Notes: generated from the sequence alone by a model not told the origin. Numbered from the stretch's first letter, positions 18,807-28,867 are shown. The stretch: DNA of 64,000 bases from Candidatus Woesearchaeota archaeon (GCA_047602765.1 JBLKOL010000002.1:10597-74596), one strand, 5' to 3'. Translations and numbers: made by a program.

Positions 18807-21260
18807 CTAGTACCTCCTCCTGCGGATCACCCATACGGTGAGCAGCGTCCATGCGGCGAGTATGATCATGAGGATGGAGAAGCTGAGCGGGCGGTCGAGG
18901 AATCCTCGTTCTTGGATGAGGAGGGTTACGGGTACGAATCCTACGAGTCGTCCTTCTCCGTCTTCGAATCGCAAGTGGTAGTCGCATACGTCTGATCCTG
19001 CCGATCGGAACGTGTAGGTGAGTGCTGATCGTTCTCCGACTTCGAGCGAGCCCGATCCAGTGATGTCGCTGAGGCACGGTGTCGGGTCGAATCTGATGGT
19101 GATGTCGTCGAGCGGGTTGTCTCCGATGTTCTCGATGAGGAAGCTTACGTCCTGTCGGGCGTTGGGAGGCATGCGTATGACCGGTGGATACTCGATGACT
19201 CTGAGTCGGTAGAGGTCTCCTCGGGGGAGTACGATGACGCGTAGTACGTCTCTGAGGACGCGGTTGCGGCTCAGCCCGTCTGCGGAGTCGACGTATACGT
19301 CTACGGGTATGAAGTATTCTCGTGGTGTCGCTCGAACGTCGGGTGAGAGCAGGTACGAGTCTGACACGCGCTCTCCCGGAGGGAGCTGGAGGAGTCGGAA
19401 TATCTCAGCTTCCCATTCTCGTGGTACTTGGGTTTCGATCGAGATGTTGCGTGCGCTCGTTCCTCCGACGTTCGTAAGGTTGAAGTCTACGCTTCCGATC
19501 TCTCCTTGTCGGAGCGTGATGTTCTCTGGGAGTTCGAGTTCGAGTTCTACGATCTCGGGGAATACGTCTACTTCCGGTATCTCTACGGGTGCGCTCGGCG
19601 TTCCTCCCGCTCCTGTGCCGCTTCCTGCCTGTGGTTGGGGCTGTGGTTGAGGTTCTGGTTCGGGTTCTGGTTGTGCGAACGTCGATTCGAAGGCGTACGG
19701 TGCGAATACGGAGAAGTCTGTGATGTTGGTGGGTGAGAATACGATGCTCATCTGTGGTGCTACGAGTGTGAAGAGCTGTTCCCACTCTCCATCGGTCCAC
19801 GAGCTGTGGTTCGACTGGTTCGACTGGTTCGTCGCGTTGCCGTTCGTCACGTTACCTATCGTTTGGTTGACCGGTCCGATGTAGGTTCCGTTGAATTTGA
19901 AGATGCTCACGTTGTCGATGACCGCGTCGTTGGGAAGCGGTTCGCTGTACTTGAAACCGATCTGTACCCACGAGTTAGGTCCGTTCCTGATGAATTCGAC
20001 CCAGTGGCCTATGTCTGTGATGTTCGTGATGTTAGGTGGTGGTGGCGGGTCGGGTACGGGTCGTACGAGTGCGTCTGCGAAGGAGGCGTTGAGTACGGAC
20101 GTTGAGAAGTTCGTTTCGAAGAGCCTGACCCTCGAGTTGCCGGATGCGTTGATGTCGTTGTCTTCGTTGGAGAGGATCATGGCTTCTGCGATGAGTACGT
20201 CGGATTGGTTTCTGATGAGCACGCCGGTATTGTGGAATACGGCTGACTCTCCGAATATGGCGACCGAGCTGTTCGTCACGCAGAGTCCGTAGCGGAACTG
20301 TGCGGTCTTCAGGTTCTCAAAGGTGATACCTTGGCTGTTGCGCACGTCGACCGGGCATCGTCCAGGGGCTTTGCTCCCTGCCGGATCGTTGTCTCCGTGG
20401 ATCTGCTCTCCGACGAAGTTGAGTACGATGTTCGATGCGTTCTCTACGATGACGCACGTTTCGTTGACGTTGTTGATCGACTTGTTGAGGATGTAGTATC
20501 CTGATTCGTTGAGCGGTTCGCATGGCTCGTATACGAGTACTTCGAGGCTCAGGATGCCGTTGACGTAGATGCGTTCTCCTCCTTGGAAGCTTCCGTCGAA
20601 GAGTATGAAGTCGTCTTGGTTCATGATCGAGCGTTCGATGACCGAGTCGTTGGCTGCTACGATGGAGGTGACCATCTGGCGTTCGTTTCGCGTGATCGGC
20701 ATGCCGGTCTCGTCGAATACGGTGTCGATCGTGATGAAGTACTGTTTGGGAGGTCCTCGTACTTCGATGCCGATCCGGAACGAGCCGTTGAGCAGCGTAT
20801 CGAGGGGTTCGAAGTCTGAGATGACCGTCTCGTTCGTCGCGTTCTTTCTGATGATGAACGGTGTCGGATAGCCGGGGTAGAGGCTGTTGAGGCTTGAGAG
20901 GTCGACGTCTACCGACGAGCAATACTCGGTGCCTACGAGCGTCACTTCGTGTACGCGGGGTTTGAAGTTGAGCAGGCTCCATTCGAGTTCTTTGTCTTCT
21001 GATACGAATCGCAAATCGATGCGATCATCGACTTGGAGGTCCGGATGGCATATGTCGAGTACGACGTCCGGGTTCGTCGGGCTCTGGTCGATGTAGGCGT
21101 CAGCTCCGAAGGTCGCAGGGTACGATGCGTTGTAGACCGATCCTGAACGGTCGTATCTGAGTTCCAATACGGGTGTGCCGTCCTGGGTGACGAGGCTCGC
21201 GTTCGCTGCGAGCGCGGTGGGTACGAGGAGCAGTACGAGCACGAGCCATTTCATGGTCAT
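18807..21260 (-). CDS. Secreted cell-surface glycoprotein with beta-helix (NosD/CASH-like) repeats, very many N-x-S/T sequons, a PEPEPEPQPQPQ linker and a C-terminal transmembrane anchor with RRRRY tail.
   Basis: Signal peptide MTMKWLVLVLLLVPTALAANA. More than 30 N-glycosylation sequons. C-terminal LSFSILMIILAAWTLLTVWVIRRRRY. Confidence 0.8.
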   Translation of the reverse strand: MTMKWLVLVLLLVPTALAANASLVTQDGTPVLELRYDRSGSVYNASYPATFGADAYIDQSPTNPDVVLDICHPDLQVDDRIDLRFVSEDKELEWSLLNFKPRVHEVTLVGTEYCSSVDVDLSSLNSLYPGYPTPFIIRKNATNETVISDFEPLDTLLNGSFRIGIEVRGPPKQYFITIDTVFDETGMPITRNERQMVTSIVAANDSVIERSIMNQDDFILFDGSFQGGERIYVNGILSLEVLVYEPCEPLNESGYYILNKSINNVNETCVIVENASNIVLNFVGEQIHGDNDPAGSKAPGRCPVDVRNSQGITFENLKTAQFRYGLCVTNSSVAIFGESAVFHNTGVLIRNQSDVLIAEAMILSNEDNDINASGNSRVRLFETNFSTSVLNASFADALVRPVPDPPPPPNITNITDIGHWVEFIRNGPNSWVQIGFKYSEPLPNDAVIDNVSIFKFNGTYIGPVNQTIGNVTNGNATNQSNQSNHSSWTDGEWEQLFTLVAPQMSIVFSPTNITDFSVFAPYAFESTFAQPEPEPEPQPQPQPQAGSGTGAGGTPSAPVEIPEVDVFPEIVELELELPENITLRQGEIGSVDFNLTNVGGTSARNISIETQVPREWEAEIFRLLQLPPGERVSDSYLLSPDVRATPREYFIPVDVYVDSADGLSRNRVLRDVLRVIVLPRGDLYRLRVIEYPPVIRMPPNARQDVSFLIENIGDNPLDDITIRFDPTPCLSDITGSGSLEVGERSALTYTFRSAGSDVCDYHLRFEDGEGRLVGFVPVTLLIQERGFLDRPLSFSILMIILAAWTLLTVWVIRRRRY

Positions 21261-21559
21261 GACCCGATTACGGTTTCGAGGAACGCGGTGTAGCTGTGGT
21301 AGACGAAGTCGAGGACTTGGCTGATGATTTCGCGGCGGTGGATCGTCTTCGCGGGGTACGGTCCTTGGAAGGCCGGGTCGGCGATGTAGAAGGGATACTG
21401 TTGGGTGAGTACTCCGTCCACGACGAACGTGAATTCTTCTCCGTCCTCTTGGCGTCCGATCATGGAGAGTTCGTATCCGCCGATGTAGTTCTCAAGATCG
21501 GTGTAGTTGTATTGTGGGAGGTAGAGTTTGTTGTAGGTCGGCATGAAGTAGAGCGACAT
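21257..21559 (-). CDS. Small hypothetical ORF, probably the frame-shifted C-terminal portion of the upstream 371-aa secreted protein.
   Basis: Overlaps the 3' end of 21492..22607 by 68 nt in another frame. The open frame continues upstream of its Met with protein-like sequence (…ITFRTDYSGAMSLYF…). Confidence 0.4.
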   Translation of the reverse strand: MSLYFMPTYNKLYLPQYNYTDLENYIGGYELSMIGRQEDGEEFTFVVDGVLTQQYPFYIADPAFQGPYPAKTIHRREIISQVLDFVYHSYTAFLETVIGS

Positions 21560-22607
21560 CGCTCCTGAATAGTCGGTTCTGAACGTGATCGATGTTTGTG
21601 AACGCGAGGGTGTCGATGTTTCCGCGGTTCCGGTACGTTACGAGGAGCACGTTCGCATCCGTGTAGCGCACTACGGATTCTATGACGAGATCAGCGCTCG
21701 GGTAGTCTACGAAGAACGTTTCAAGGTCGAGGATCTGTCCGGTCATGCCCGGAAGGTTCGTGATGGTCCGTCCGTATTTGAGCATGAGCGCGATGTCGCG
21801 TCCTGCTCCTGAGCGGATCTGTTGTCCGAGGTTCGCAGCGTCAGCGCTCACGATCTCGAACCGGTTCACGTTGATGTCTCGTACCGTTGCGATCGTATCG
21901 GCGAGCATACCTGAGTAGACGACGACGGGTTGTCGTTTGAGGAGCGATTCGTAGTCGACGCGGTCGACCCTCATGATCACTCCCCACTCAGCGTTGAAGC
22001 GTTCGGATACCATCCGTGTGATATCATCGGCGTTCGTGGGGCTCAGTTGTTCGTAGCGTTCTTCGGCGTCGATGCCTTCTACGAGCCGGACGGGAAAGCG
22101 TCCTGCGATGATGATGCGCTCTGCGCTGCGCGCTGCGCGTTCGACGTCATCTCGGCTCTCTTCGTCGAGGAAGAAGGGGCGCATCGGCGCGTGTCCTGCG
22201 AGCGGGAGGATCGAGATGGCTTCTGCTCCGAACTTCGGGTCGAGGAGGACGAGCGCTTCGTACCGGTCGGTGAAGTGGTCTCGTTGGAAGTCGCGGAACG
22301 TTCCTGATTCGTGCACCGTGAAGTCTGTGAAGCCGTTCGTGCGCAGTACGGATGCGTAGTTTCGCACGATGGGTCGTGAGGATTCGAATACGACGATCGT
22401 CGAGTTGGGTCTGATCGTCTGTGTCTTGATCTGAGCATCTCCAAGGTTGGTGAACGAGACGATGTTCGCCTCGTGTTGTATCGCGTATACGGTTCCGAGC
22501 GTGACGTCACGCCAGTCTCGGCTGTTCACGACGACGACATCGGTCGCTACTGCTGCGTATGCGCTCACGAGCAGGAGCATGACGATGAGTACGACGCGCA
22601 TAGGCAT
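21492..22607 (-). CDS. Secreted protein with three ~100-aa alpha/beta repeats (CWB2-like cell-wall-binding-type triple repeat), paralog of 22641..24344.
   Basis: Signal peptide. Three internal repeats. N-terminal domain alignable to 22641..24344 (VNSRDWRDV / VSDSREWTDV; TIVVFESSRPIVRNYASVLRTNGFT / TIEVYESSERPFVRNTAQKLRSAGYT). Confidence 0.7.
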   Translation of the reverse strand: MPMRVVLIVMLLLVSAYAAVATDVVVVNSRDWRDVTLGTVYAIQHEANIVSFTNLGDAQIKTQTIRPNSTIVVFESSRPIVRNYASVLRTNGFTDFTVHESGTFRDFQRDHFTDRYEALVLLDPKFGAEAISILPLAGHAPMRPFFLDEESRDDVERAARSAERIIIAGRFPVRLVEGIDAEERYEQLSPTNADDITRMVSERFNAEWGVIMRVDRVDYESLLKRQPVVVYSGMLADTIATVRDINVNRFEIVSADAANLGQQIRSGAGRDIALMLKYGRTITNLPGMTGQILDLETFFVDYPSADLVIESVVRYTDANVLLVTYRNRGNIDTLAFTNIDHVQNRLFRSDVALLHADLQQTLPPTIQLHRS

Positions 22608-22640
22608 CGCTGGCGATTCGTGCTTATTAAACTATGCGGG

Positions 22641-24344
22641 TCAGCGTCTCGTTTTGACGTAGAAGAACATGCCGAGTGCTGCGATGACTAGGAGCGCGAT
22701 GAGTCCTGCGACGGCGGCTCCTGCTCCTCCGGTGACGAGTCCTGCGAGGAGTCCTCCGCTCTTCGTCTGGAAGGGTACATCCTCGGTGATTCTCAGGAGC
22801 AGTGCGTCTTGGCTCGCTCCGTAAAGGATGTCGATCGAGAGCACGTCGTTCTCTTGCATGTCGATCTCGTCGAGGCGTACGGGCAGGTACGTCGTCTTCT
22901 CTTCGCCAGCGCGGATGCGGTCTTGTGAGAAGAGGTCGGTGGGCAGTCCGTTGACGAGGATCTGTTGTACACGTACGTTGTAGTGTGCTTGTTCGCTCCC
23001 GGTGTTCTTGATGGTAACGCCTACGCGTCCGAGTCTCGGGTAGTATGCTGCTTCGACGAGTTCGAGCGATACGTCTCCTGCATCTACGGTCTCGACGGTG
23101 AGCGGGATGGTGAACGGCGGCCCGAACCGGTTTTCCATGGTGAGGAAGGTGTCGAGTTCGCTCGGAGTGAGTCCGAAGGACGTGAAGAATTCCGCTACGG
23201 TCGAGTCATCGATACGATCGATCGGTATCGAGACGGGGTAGCGCTTTGCGAACACCTCTCCGGTTCCCAGGTAGTTGATCTCATCATCGGATACGGCTGC
23301 GACTTCTTCATCTCCGGTTTTGACCGAGATGGTCGTCGTCTCGTATAACCCGATGTTTCCGATGTTCTCGAAGAATGCGATGAGTTCTTCGGTCGAGGGG
23401 TCGTATACGGCTCTCTGGATGGTGAGTCCGAGGAGCGGTTGGGGCAGTGGGAACATGGTGAGCGCATAGATGCGTCCGCTCGCCTGCGTATCTGACTGTC
23501 CGAATTTGATGAACACACCGATGCGGCGTTCTGATCGTTCTCGGATCTGTTCCCCTACGACGGCGAGCCGGTTCCCTATGACGACGACGCTCCTCACATC
23601 ACGCGAGAGGATCCATTCGTACGTCTGTTCGGATACGCGATTGTATCCTACGATGATCACCGGTGATTTCGCGGTGAAGAATTCTGATTCGATGCTGAAT
23701 CCGTCTGCGAGTATGATGTTGCTGTGCGAGTCGTATCTGTCGGCGAGGATCTGTGATTCTGCGAATACCGAGTCTTCGCGGATCCACTCATCGAAGGTGC
23801 CTTCGATGCGGCTGAGCAGGTCTCGTCTGAAGCTTCCGACGGCTACGACGCTCTGTGCGCCTTCGAGCCGTTGTGCGATCTCGTCGATGTTGCGATCGTT
23901 CGCGATGAGTACCCATCTATCTTCGGCGACGGCTATGGGTGCTACGGCTACGCCGATGCGATAGTAGTCTTCGCTGATGACGAAGTAGCGTCCGTTCTGC
24001 GGGTCGAGGTCGAGGTTGAACGATGCGCTGCGCGTATCATCCGCTACGGTGTATCCTGCGCTGCGCAGCTTCTGAGCGGTGTTTCTCACGAAGGGGCGTT
24101 CGCTCGATTCGTAGACTTCGATGGTGGCTCGCTCACTCACCGTGCGCAGAAGGCCCGTGAGCGTTTCTGAGTTGAGGAATACGGCTCTTCCGTCGTTCAT
24201 CGTGCTGTGGAGCAGGACGCTGTAGACGTCCGTCCACTCGCGCGAGTCTGAGACGGCGATGGTATCGGCGGTTACAGCGGGGAGGATGAGAAGTCCAGCG
24301 AGGAGCATGACGGCTAACAACCCTCCTCGTCCGTTTTTAACCAT
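22641..24344 (-). CDS. Secreted triple-repeat surface protein with C-terminal Gly/Ala-rich transmembrane anchor (KTRR tail).
   Basis: The track start is GTG 24419. The likely true start is ATG 24344 (MVKNGRGGLLAVMLLAGLLILPAVTA signal peptide). TTTATAA box ~37 nt upstream. Confidence 0.75.
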   Translation of the reverse strand: MVKNGRGGLLAVMLLAGLLILPAVTADTIAVSDSREWTDVYSVLLHSTMNDGRAVFLNSETLTGLLRTVSERATIEVYESSERPFVRNTAQKLRSAGYTVADDTRSASFNLDLDPQNGRYFVISEDYYRIGVAVAPIAVAEDRWVLIANDRNIDEIAQRLEGAQSVVAVGSFRRDLLSRIEGTFDEWIREDSVFAESQILADRYDSHSNIILADGFSIESEFFTAKSPVIIVGYNRVSEQTYEWILSRDVRSVVVIGNRLAVVGEQIRERSERRIGVFIKFGQSDTQASGRIYALTMFPLPQPLLGLTIQRAVYDPSTEELIAFFENIGNIGLYETTTISVKTGDEEVAAVSDDEINYLGTGEVFAKRYPVSIPIDRIDDSTVAEFFTSFGLTPSELDTFLTMENRFGPPFTIPLTVETVDAGDVSLELVEAAYYPRLGRVGVTIKNTGSEQAHYNVRVQQILVNGLPTDLFSQDRIRAGEEKTTYLPVRLDEIDMQENDVLSIDILYGASQDALLLRITEDVPFQTKSGGLLAGLVTGGAGAAVAGLIALLVIAALGMFFYVKTRR

Positions 24345-24380
24345 TCGCACGTGCCCCTTGGGTGTTCTCGCCCTTCGACC

Positions 24381-24388
24381 TTTATAAT
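24381..24388 (-). promoter_or_regulatory. TATA-box-like element (TTTATAA) for the minus-strand surface-protein operon.
   Basis: AT-rich hexamer in a GC-rich context, ~37 nt upstream of ATG 24344. Confidence 0.35.
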
Positions 24389-24825
24389 CGTTTCGTCGCC
24401 CAGCGAGAGCAACACTCACGAGTAGTGACGATTAGGACCTTATATATGTTTGGGGGACGCTGATCGGTCGAACCACGAGGTGTGCGCCCCTCGAAACGAT
24501 CCGAAACCAAGCCGAGCCCTATCAGTGCTCACAGACCACGCAGATTTCAAGACCTTGCTTCGAGAAGCCGACACACTGCGCCCGTATCTCTACAGGTTAG
24601 CCTCTCACGCGACAGCTGCAGGTACGAAACCGCCTCTTCAGCGTATCTAACACTAAGATACGCAGGGACGCGTTCAGAATACGAGTGGAAGGCCTGCAAT
24701 ACGTTCAGCCATGTGAATACGTATCCGGCAAGGATCATGAAGTACCGTTTCACGAACTGCGAGCAGAAGAACCGTCGGATCGGAGAAGGATGAGAAAGGG
24801 TTGAAGAAAAAGGTTTCACACAGCA

Positions 24826-25095
24826 CTACGGCAGTTCGAGGTAGAAACTGTACGTTTCGATTCCGCTGTCAGCTGGTGCGAGGAGCTGGTAGTCGATCGT
24901 GCTTCCATCGAATCCGACTCCGTCGCCTACGGCAACCGCTGCATAGACGTTCCGACCGTCTGCTGTCAGTGCGAACGTGTTCCATACGGTCGTGTCGTTG
25001 CTGAACGTCGTCACGAATGGAGCGTCCGCGATACTTAAGGTGGCGGACGTGAACGTATCCGTGTCATGCACCTCTTTGTTCGTCAACCCAACCAT
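24826..25095 (-). CDS. Hypothetical 89-aa protein.
   Basis: Protein-like composition (beta-rich, Asp/Thr/Val). TTATAAATA box ~75 nt upstream on the minus strand. Confidence 0.35.
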   Translation of the reverse strand: MVGLTNKEVHDTDTFTSATLSIADAPFVTTFSNDTTVWNTFALTADGRNVYAAVAVGDGVGFDGSTIDYQLLAPADSGIETYSFYLELP

Positions 25096-25350
25096 ACGGG
25101 TCGGGCAAACACTGTTTTATGCAGTTTAATACACTTTTTTGTATATCAGTAATGCTTCTATTTATAACAGTTTGTTTTTATCACACTATATTTCCAGAGA
25201 ATCAGCCCGTCGACAGGTCGAGTACAGCGGATCAACACACCAGGATACACACACTTCTACACCCACTCACCGTCGAGAACCACAACTCAGAGGCACAGAT
25301 TACGTCACCTACCGATACACACGAGAATACTCACGACGAGACGAACACCA

Positions 25351-25809
25351 TCAACAACCAGAACACTCGGCGACGCTGACGAGACATGCGTTAAGGTTGG
25401 CTCGCATGCGCTCAGTGATGAGCTCGAGCGCTTGGACGCGGGATACGACATCGTCGCGTTCCCGTCGGATCTCGAGCCACGCATCTCGTTCGGTCGTCGC
25501 GCGCTCTTCTGCTTCGCTCCGCTGGACCCGTAGTTCTTCGATCTCGTCGCGGACCATGGCATAGGCTTCCTCAAAATCTCGAGCTCCAGCGGTTGTGATG
25601 AGTTCTTCGATGACACGTTGTTCTTGGAAGGAGCGTTGACGCATCTCGGCTTCGAGCAGGGCCGTGCGAGCCGAGAGGCGTTCTTGTCGTTCGAGACGCT
25701 CGTCGAGTACGATGCCCCGTAGTACGAATATGAGCATGCCGGTGACGAGCGTATAGATGAGGAGGAATACGAGTATGTACGTCACGAGGTGCGGATCACT
25801 GCGTTTCAT
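25351..25809 (-). CDS. Membrane protein with N-terminal transmembrane segment and coiled-coil.
   Basis: N-terminal LVTYILVFLLIYTLVTGMLIFVL hydrophobic segment, then a heptad-rich Glu/Arg region. 4-nt overlap with the upstream regulator gene. Confidence 0.55.
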   Translation of the reverse strand: MKRSDPHLVTYILVFLLIYTLVTGMLIFVLRGIVLDERLERQERLSARTALLEAEMRQRSFQEQRVIEELITTAGARDFEEAYAMVRDEIEELRVQRSEAEERATTERDAWLEIRRERDDVVSRVQALELITERMRANLNACLVSVAECSGC

Positions 25810-26096
25810 GGCAGGAGCCGGTACGCCGCGGTGAGGTGTTCGGCGATGCGTTCACCTTTCGCTGTGAGGGAGAGCAGCTTGAGCCGTCCTTTCTTCTTGA
25901 ACGATACGAGTCCGTGCTCTTCGAACTCTTTGAGGATCTTGACGACGTGCGAGTATGTGCAGTCGACTTTTTTGGCGAGGTTCGACGCGTAGAGCACCTG
26001 TACGTTGCTATCGTGCTGATCTTGGAGGAGGTGTATGAGCATGAGTGCCGGTTTCTCCCTGAAGATCGTGTCGAAGAGTTGTGGTGCTGTCGTCAT
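25806..26096 (-). CDS. Winged-helix transcriptional regulator (~97 aa).
   Basis: wHTH pattern NVQVLYASNLAKKVDCTYSHVVKILKEFEEHGLVSFKKKGRLKLLSLT. ATG 26096 has a TATA-like element 25 nt upstream. The N-terminal part of the track ORF is R-rich and rejected. Confidence 0.6.
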   Translation of the reverse strand: MTTAPQLFDTIFREKPALMLIHLLQDQHDSNVQVLYASNLAKKVDCTYSHVVKILKEFEEHGLVSFKKKGRLKLLSLTAKGERIAEHLTAAYRLLP

Positions 26097-26166
26097 GCGG
26101 ATACCTTCTGCGATATAGAGGTTTGAGGAACCATTTAAGTGTGTTCCTCCGGTTCGAAGCCGGATT

Positions 26167-26916
26167 TCACCCCCAGTTCGGCTCTGCGCGCTCCCTTGAT
26201 TTAAAGCTTTGGGATACGTGTTCGATGATCGCATCCGCACCCATCGCGTATCCGAACCGTGCGAGATCCGAGGAGAGGTTGTGTGCGTCGCGTTCGAGGA
26301 GTTCGCGTGCGTTGGGAGCGTCGAGCGGAACCGCTTGGCTGAAGTCTATGAAGACCGGCTCGCCGCGGTCGACGAGGATGTTGAAGCGCGAAAGATCACC
26401 ATGGCTGAGCCGCGCGTCGCACCACAATCGTGTGAGCATCGCGATGATCGCATCACCCATACGCTGCGCGTCCTCGACCTCGACGTCTTTGAGCTGCGGT
26501 GCAGGTCTCGATCCTCCGATGGATTCCATGACGAGGATGTTCGCCCGATTAGCATAGACCGCCGGAACCGCGATGCCGGCGGTGCGTGCCTTGAGCAGGT
26601 TGGCGTATTCGCGGCGGCACCATGCGAAGATCGTCTCGCGACGGTTCTTGGTGAGCGAACCGTACCGTGGGTCGACGATGAGGTATTCGTGCATGCGGTT
26701 GAAGTCGCACGTCTCAAGGCGGTAGATCTTGATGATCACCCATCCCTTCTCGCTCTTGGCTCGGAAGATGTTCGCTTCCTTGCCGATCATAACCGGACTG
26801 AGCGTTTCCTCGTCGAAGAGCCCTCGGCTCGCGAGCATGAACAGGTTGCGTTCGGTGAACGCATCGAAGACGTCGTTGCGCGTCTTGTGCTTCTCGCGGC
26901 TCGGCCGGCGACCCAT
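26167..26916 (-). CDS. rio1: RIO-type serine/threonine protein kinase (Rio1-like).
   Basis: GKEANIF ATP-binding motif and catalytic LSHGDLSRFNILV. ~250 aa. Confidence 0.85.
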   Translation of the reverse strand: MGRRPSREKHKTRNDVFDAFTERNLFMLASRGLFDEETLSPVMIGKEANIFRAKSEKGWVIIKIYRLETCDFNRMHEYLIVDPRYGSLTKNRRETIFAWCRREYANLLKARTAGIAVPAVYANRANILVMESIGGSRPAPQLKDVEVEDAQRMGDAIIAMLTRLWCDARLSHGDLSRFNILVDRGEPVFIDFSQAVPLDAPNARELLERDAHNLSSDLARFGYAMGADAIIEHVSQSFKSRERAEPNWG

Positions 26917-26953
26917 ACCATTGAGCACGACTCCCCCTATATATAGGAGCGCG

Positions 26954-27604
26954 TCACGTTCTGCGGGCTCGTTCGTACACCGCTCTGATGTCGAGTTCAG
27001 GTGTGGTGAACGCTTCTTCGTCGAGTCCGAGTTCGTGACTGATGATCGCGCGTATGCGGTGCGCGTGTCTGCTCGTCGCGTCCGTTTCGTGATCTTGCGC
27101 CCACGTCGCTGCAGCCACGGCGAGGCCTGCTACGTGTTCGGCGTTGAGACGTGACGTGTTGATCGTCACATCGAATCCGGTATGATCGTCGATGTCGATC
27201 CCGTAGAGTTCGAGGTATCGTTGTCTGTTCTCGCGGTCGCGTACGATCGTCTTGGCGAGCACATCACCTGCTGATCCCCCTTCACGTGCGAAGATGCGTT
27301 CTGCACGTGCTTCGACAGGTGCGTCGAGCCAGATGCGCAGGTCGGCGTCGAAGATCCACCCTGCAAGGCGCGTTCCGATCACAACGTTCTCGCGTGAGCC
27401 TGCTCTGATGAGCATCAGATCAGTGAGATAATCGTAGAGCGGGTCGTTGAGGCTCTCCTCTTGGATGTCTTCGAACGATAACCCGAGGTCTTCGGCGAGG
27501 TTTCGGAACGTGTAGTTGACGACGTCAAGGTCGAGTTCGCTTCCGACGGCGCGCGTAACCGTCGTGTTTCCGCATCCGCTGTGTCCTGAGATGGCGATTC
27601 GCAT
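26954..27604 (-). CDS. cmk: Archaeal-type cytidylate kinase.
   Basis: N-terminal P-loop MRIAISGHSGCGNTTV, typical of archaeal Cmk. Confidence 0.75.
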   Translation of the reverse strand: MRIAISGHSGCGNTTVTRAVGSELDLDVVNYTFRNLAEDLGLSFEDIQEESLNDPLYDYLTDLMLIRAGSRENVVIGTRLAGWIFDADLRIWLDAPVEARAERIFAREGGSAGDVLAKTIVRDRENRQRYLELYGIDIDDHTGFDVTINTSRLNAEHVAGLAVAAATWAQDHETDATSRHAHRIRAIISHELGLDEEAFTTPELDIRAVYERARRT

Positions 27605-27664
27605 ACGAACGGTCGAGCCCTCGTCCTCTTAACGGTTGCGAGTCCGGTGCGTGAATATCTCTTC

Positions 27665-28801
27665 TCAGAGCCGCTTCGCGATCCTGAGCCAGTTCCGGTA
27701 GGGGTGCGCGTAGAACCGGTCGGCGCTCTCGATGTATGTGCGGCTCAACGAACGTTCGTTGATCGCGCCCCATGCATCGGCGATCCGCTCGTGGTGTGCT
27801 GGGCGTGCGATGCTGCGCCTATCGTGCGATCGGAAGTATGCTGTGTTCGCGGTGAGCCAGAGCGATATTATTCGTGTTTGTATGAAGTGTTCGGGTTTCG
27901 AACCGATGATCGAGGGTATGAGCAGTTTGGGTATGACAAGATCCCAGTCGTCGAGCGCTCCGGTGACGAAGGCGAGGTTCCACGCAACATACAGGCGCAT
28001 CCACTCGTTTCCGACAGGAACATTCAGTATGCGTGTTTCGGGTGATGTTCGGATGGATGGGCTGCATGCGTGGCGCGGGATGATCCTGCCGTCTTCGAAG
28101 GACACCGATGGCTGGTTCTCTTCGATCATCCGGCTCAATGCATGCGCGCACCGTGCGTTCGAGCGTCTGCCGGCTCGGTGGTCGGTGATGCCTGCTTCGT
28201 AGATGTTGAGCGTGATGAGGTCGAGGAGTTCTCGTTCGGGTGACTCGATGAGTCGTCGTTCGAGCTTCGTAAGCCCATGCAAGTCTCCTGTTCGGTGTAC
28301 TCTCAGATACGTCATCGCAGGATCGACGGAGAACGCTTTGATCGTTTTGAAGAGCGAGTGTGTGATGCCGAGTGCGTGGAGGAATGATCGCGCGAAGCGA
28401 CGCGTGTCGATGCCTCGTTCGCGCTCCTTGCGTTTGAGGTGGTCGTGTACCTCTGCGAAGAACGAAGCGTCGTTGTTCATCCCGGATACGAGCGCTTCGA
28501 GGATGTACGTTGTGTGGAGCGCTCTGGTCACATGTGGTGATGGACTGAGCCATTCGAGGGCGTGTTCGAGGAACTCTATGATGGCCGGATGGTTCGAGAG
28601 GTTCGCCCCGATGCATCGGACGAGTGGCATAAGACTCTGTGGTGTGGACCGTGCTCGTCGGAGGAGTCGGCGTATCACCTCGTTCTCTGTTTGGAGGTCG
28701 TGGAGCTGGTAGGTCTCAAGAACGGTTTCTATGATCACCGGATCGCTCGTCTGATCTTCGAGTCCGAGTGCCTTGATCGCTCGCTCGACGGTCGTGTGCA
28801 T
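27665..28801 (-). CDS. Hypothetical alpha-helical protein (378 aa from ATG 28801).
   Basis: Long native-composition ORF. No family recognised. The track start is TTG 28855. Confidence 0.55.
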   Translation of the reverse strand: MHTTVERAIKALGLEDQTSDPVIIETVLETYQLHDLQTENEVIRRLLRRARSTPQSLMPLVRCIGANLSNHPAIIEFLEHALEWLSPSPHVTRALHTTYILEALVSGMNNDASFFAEVHDHLKRKERERGIDTRRFARSFLHALGITHSLFKTIKAFSVDPAMTYLRVHRTGDLHGLTKLERRLIESPERELLDLITLNIYEAGITDHRAGRRSNARCAHALSRMIEENQPSVSFEDGRIIPRHACSPSIRTSPETRILNVPVGNEWMRLYVAWNLAFVTGALDDWDLVIPKLLIPSIIGSKPEHFIQTRIISLWLTANTAYFRSHDRRSIARPAHHERIADAWGAINERSLSRTYIESADRFYAHPYRNWLRIAKRL

Positions 28802-28867
28802 ACAGTCCACCGTGTTCTGAGGTTTATCTGTATGCTGCAATCCTTCTTCACACAAAAAACGGGATTC

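Noticed and set aside
19234-20982. Plus and minus ORFs inside the 817-aa surface protein gene (for example 20317..20982, a 221-aa R-rich ORF).
   Set aside because: Antisense or alternative-frame artefacts. Extreme Arg/His/Pro content.
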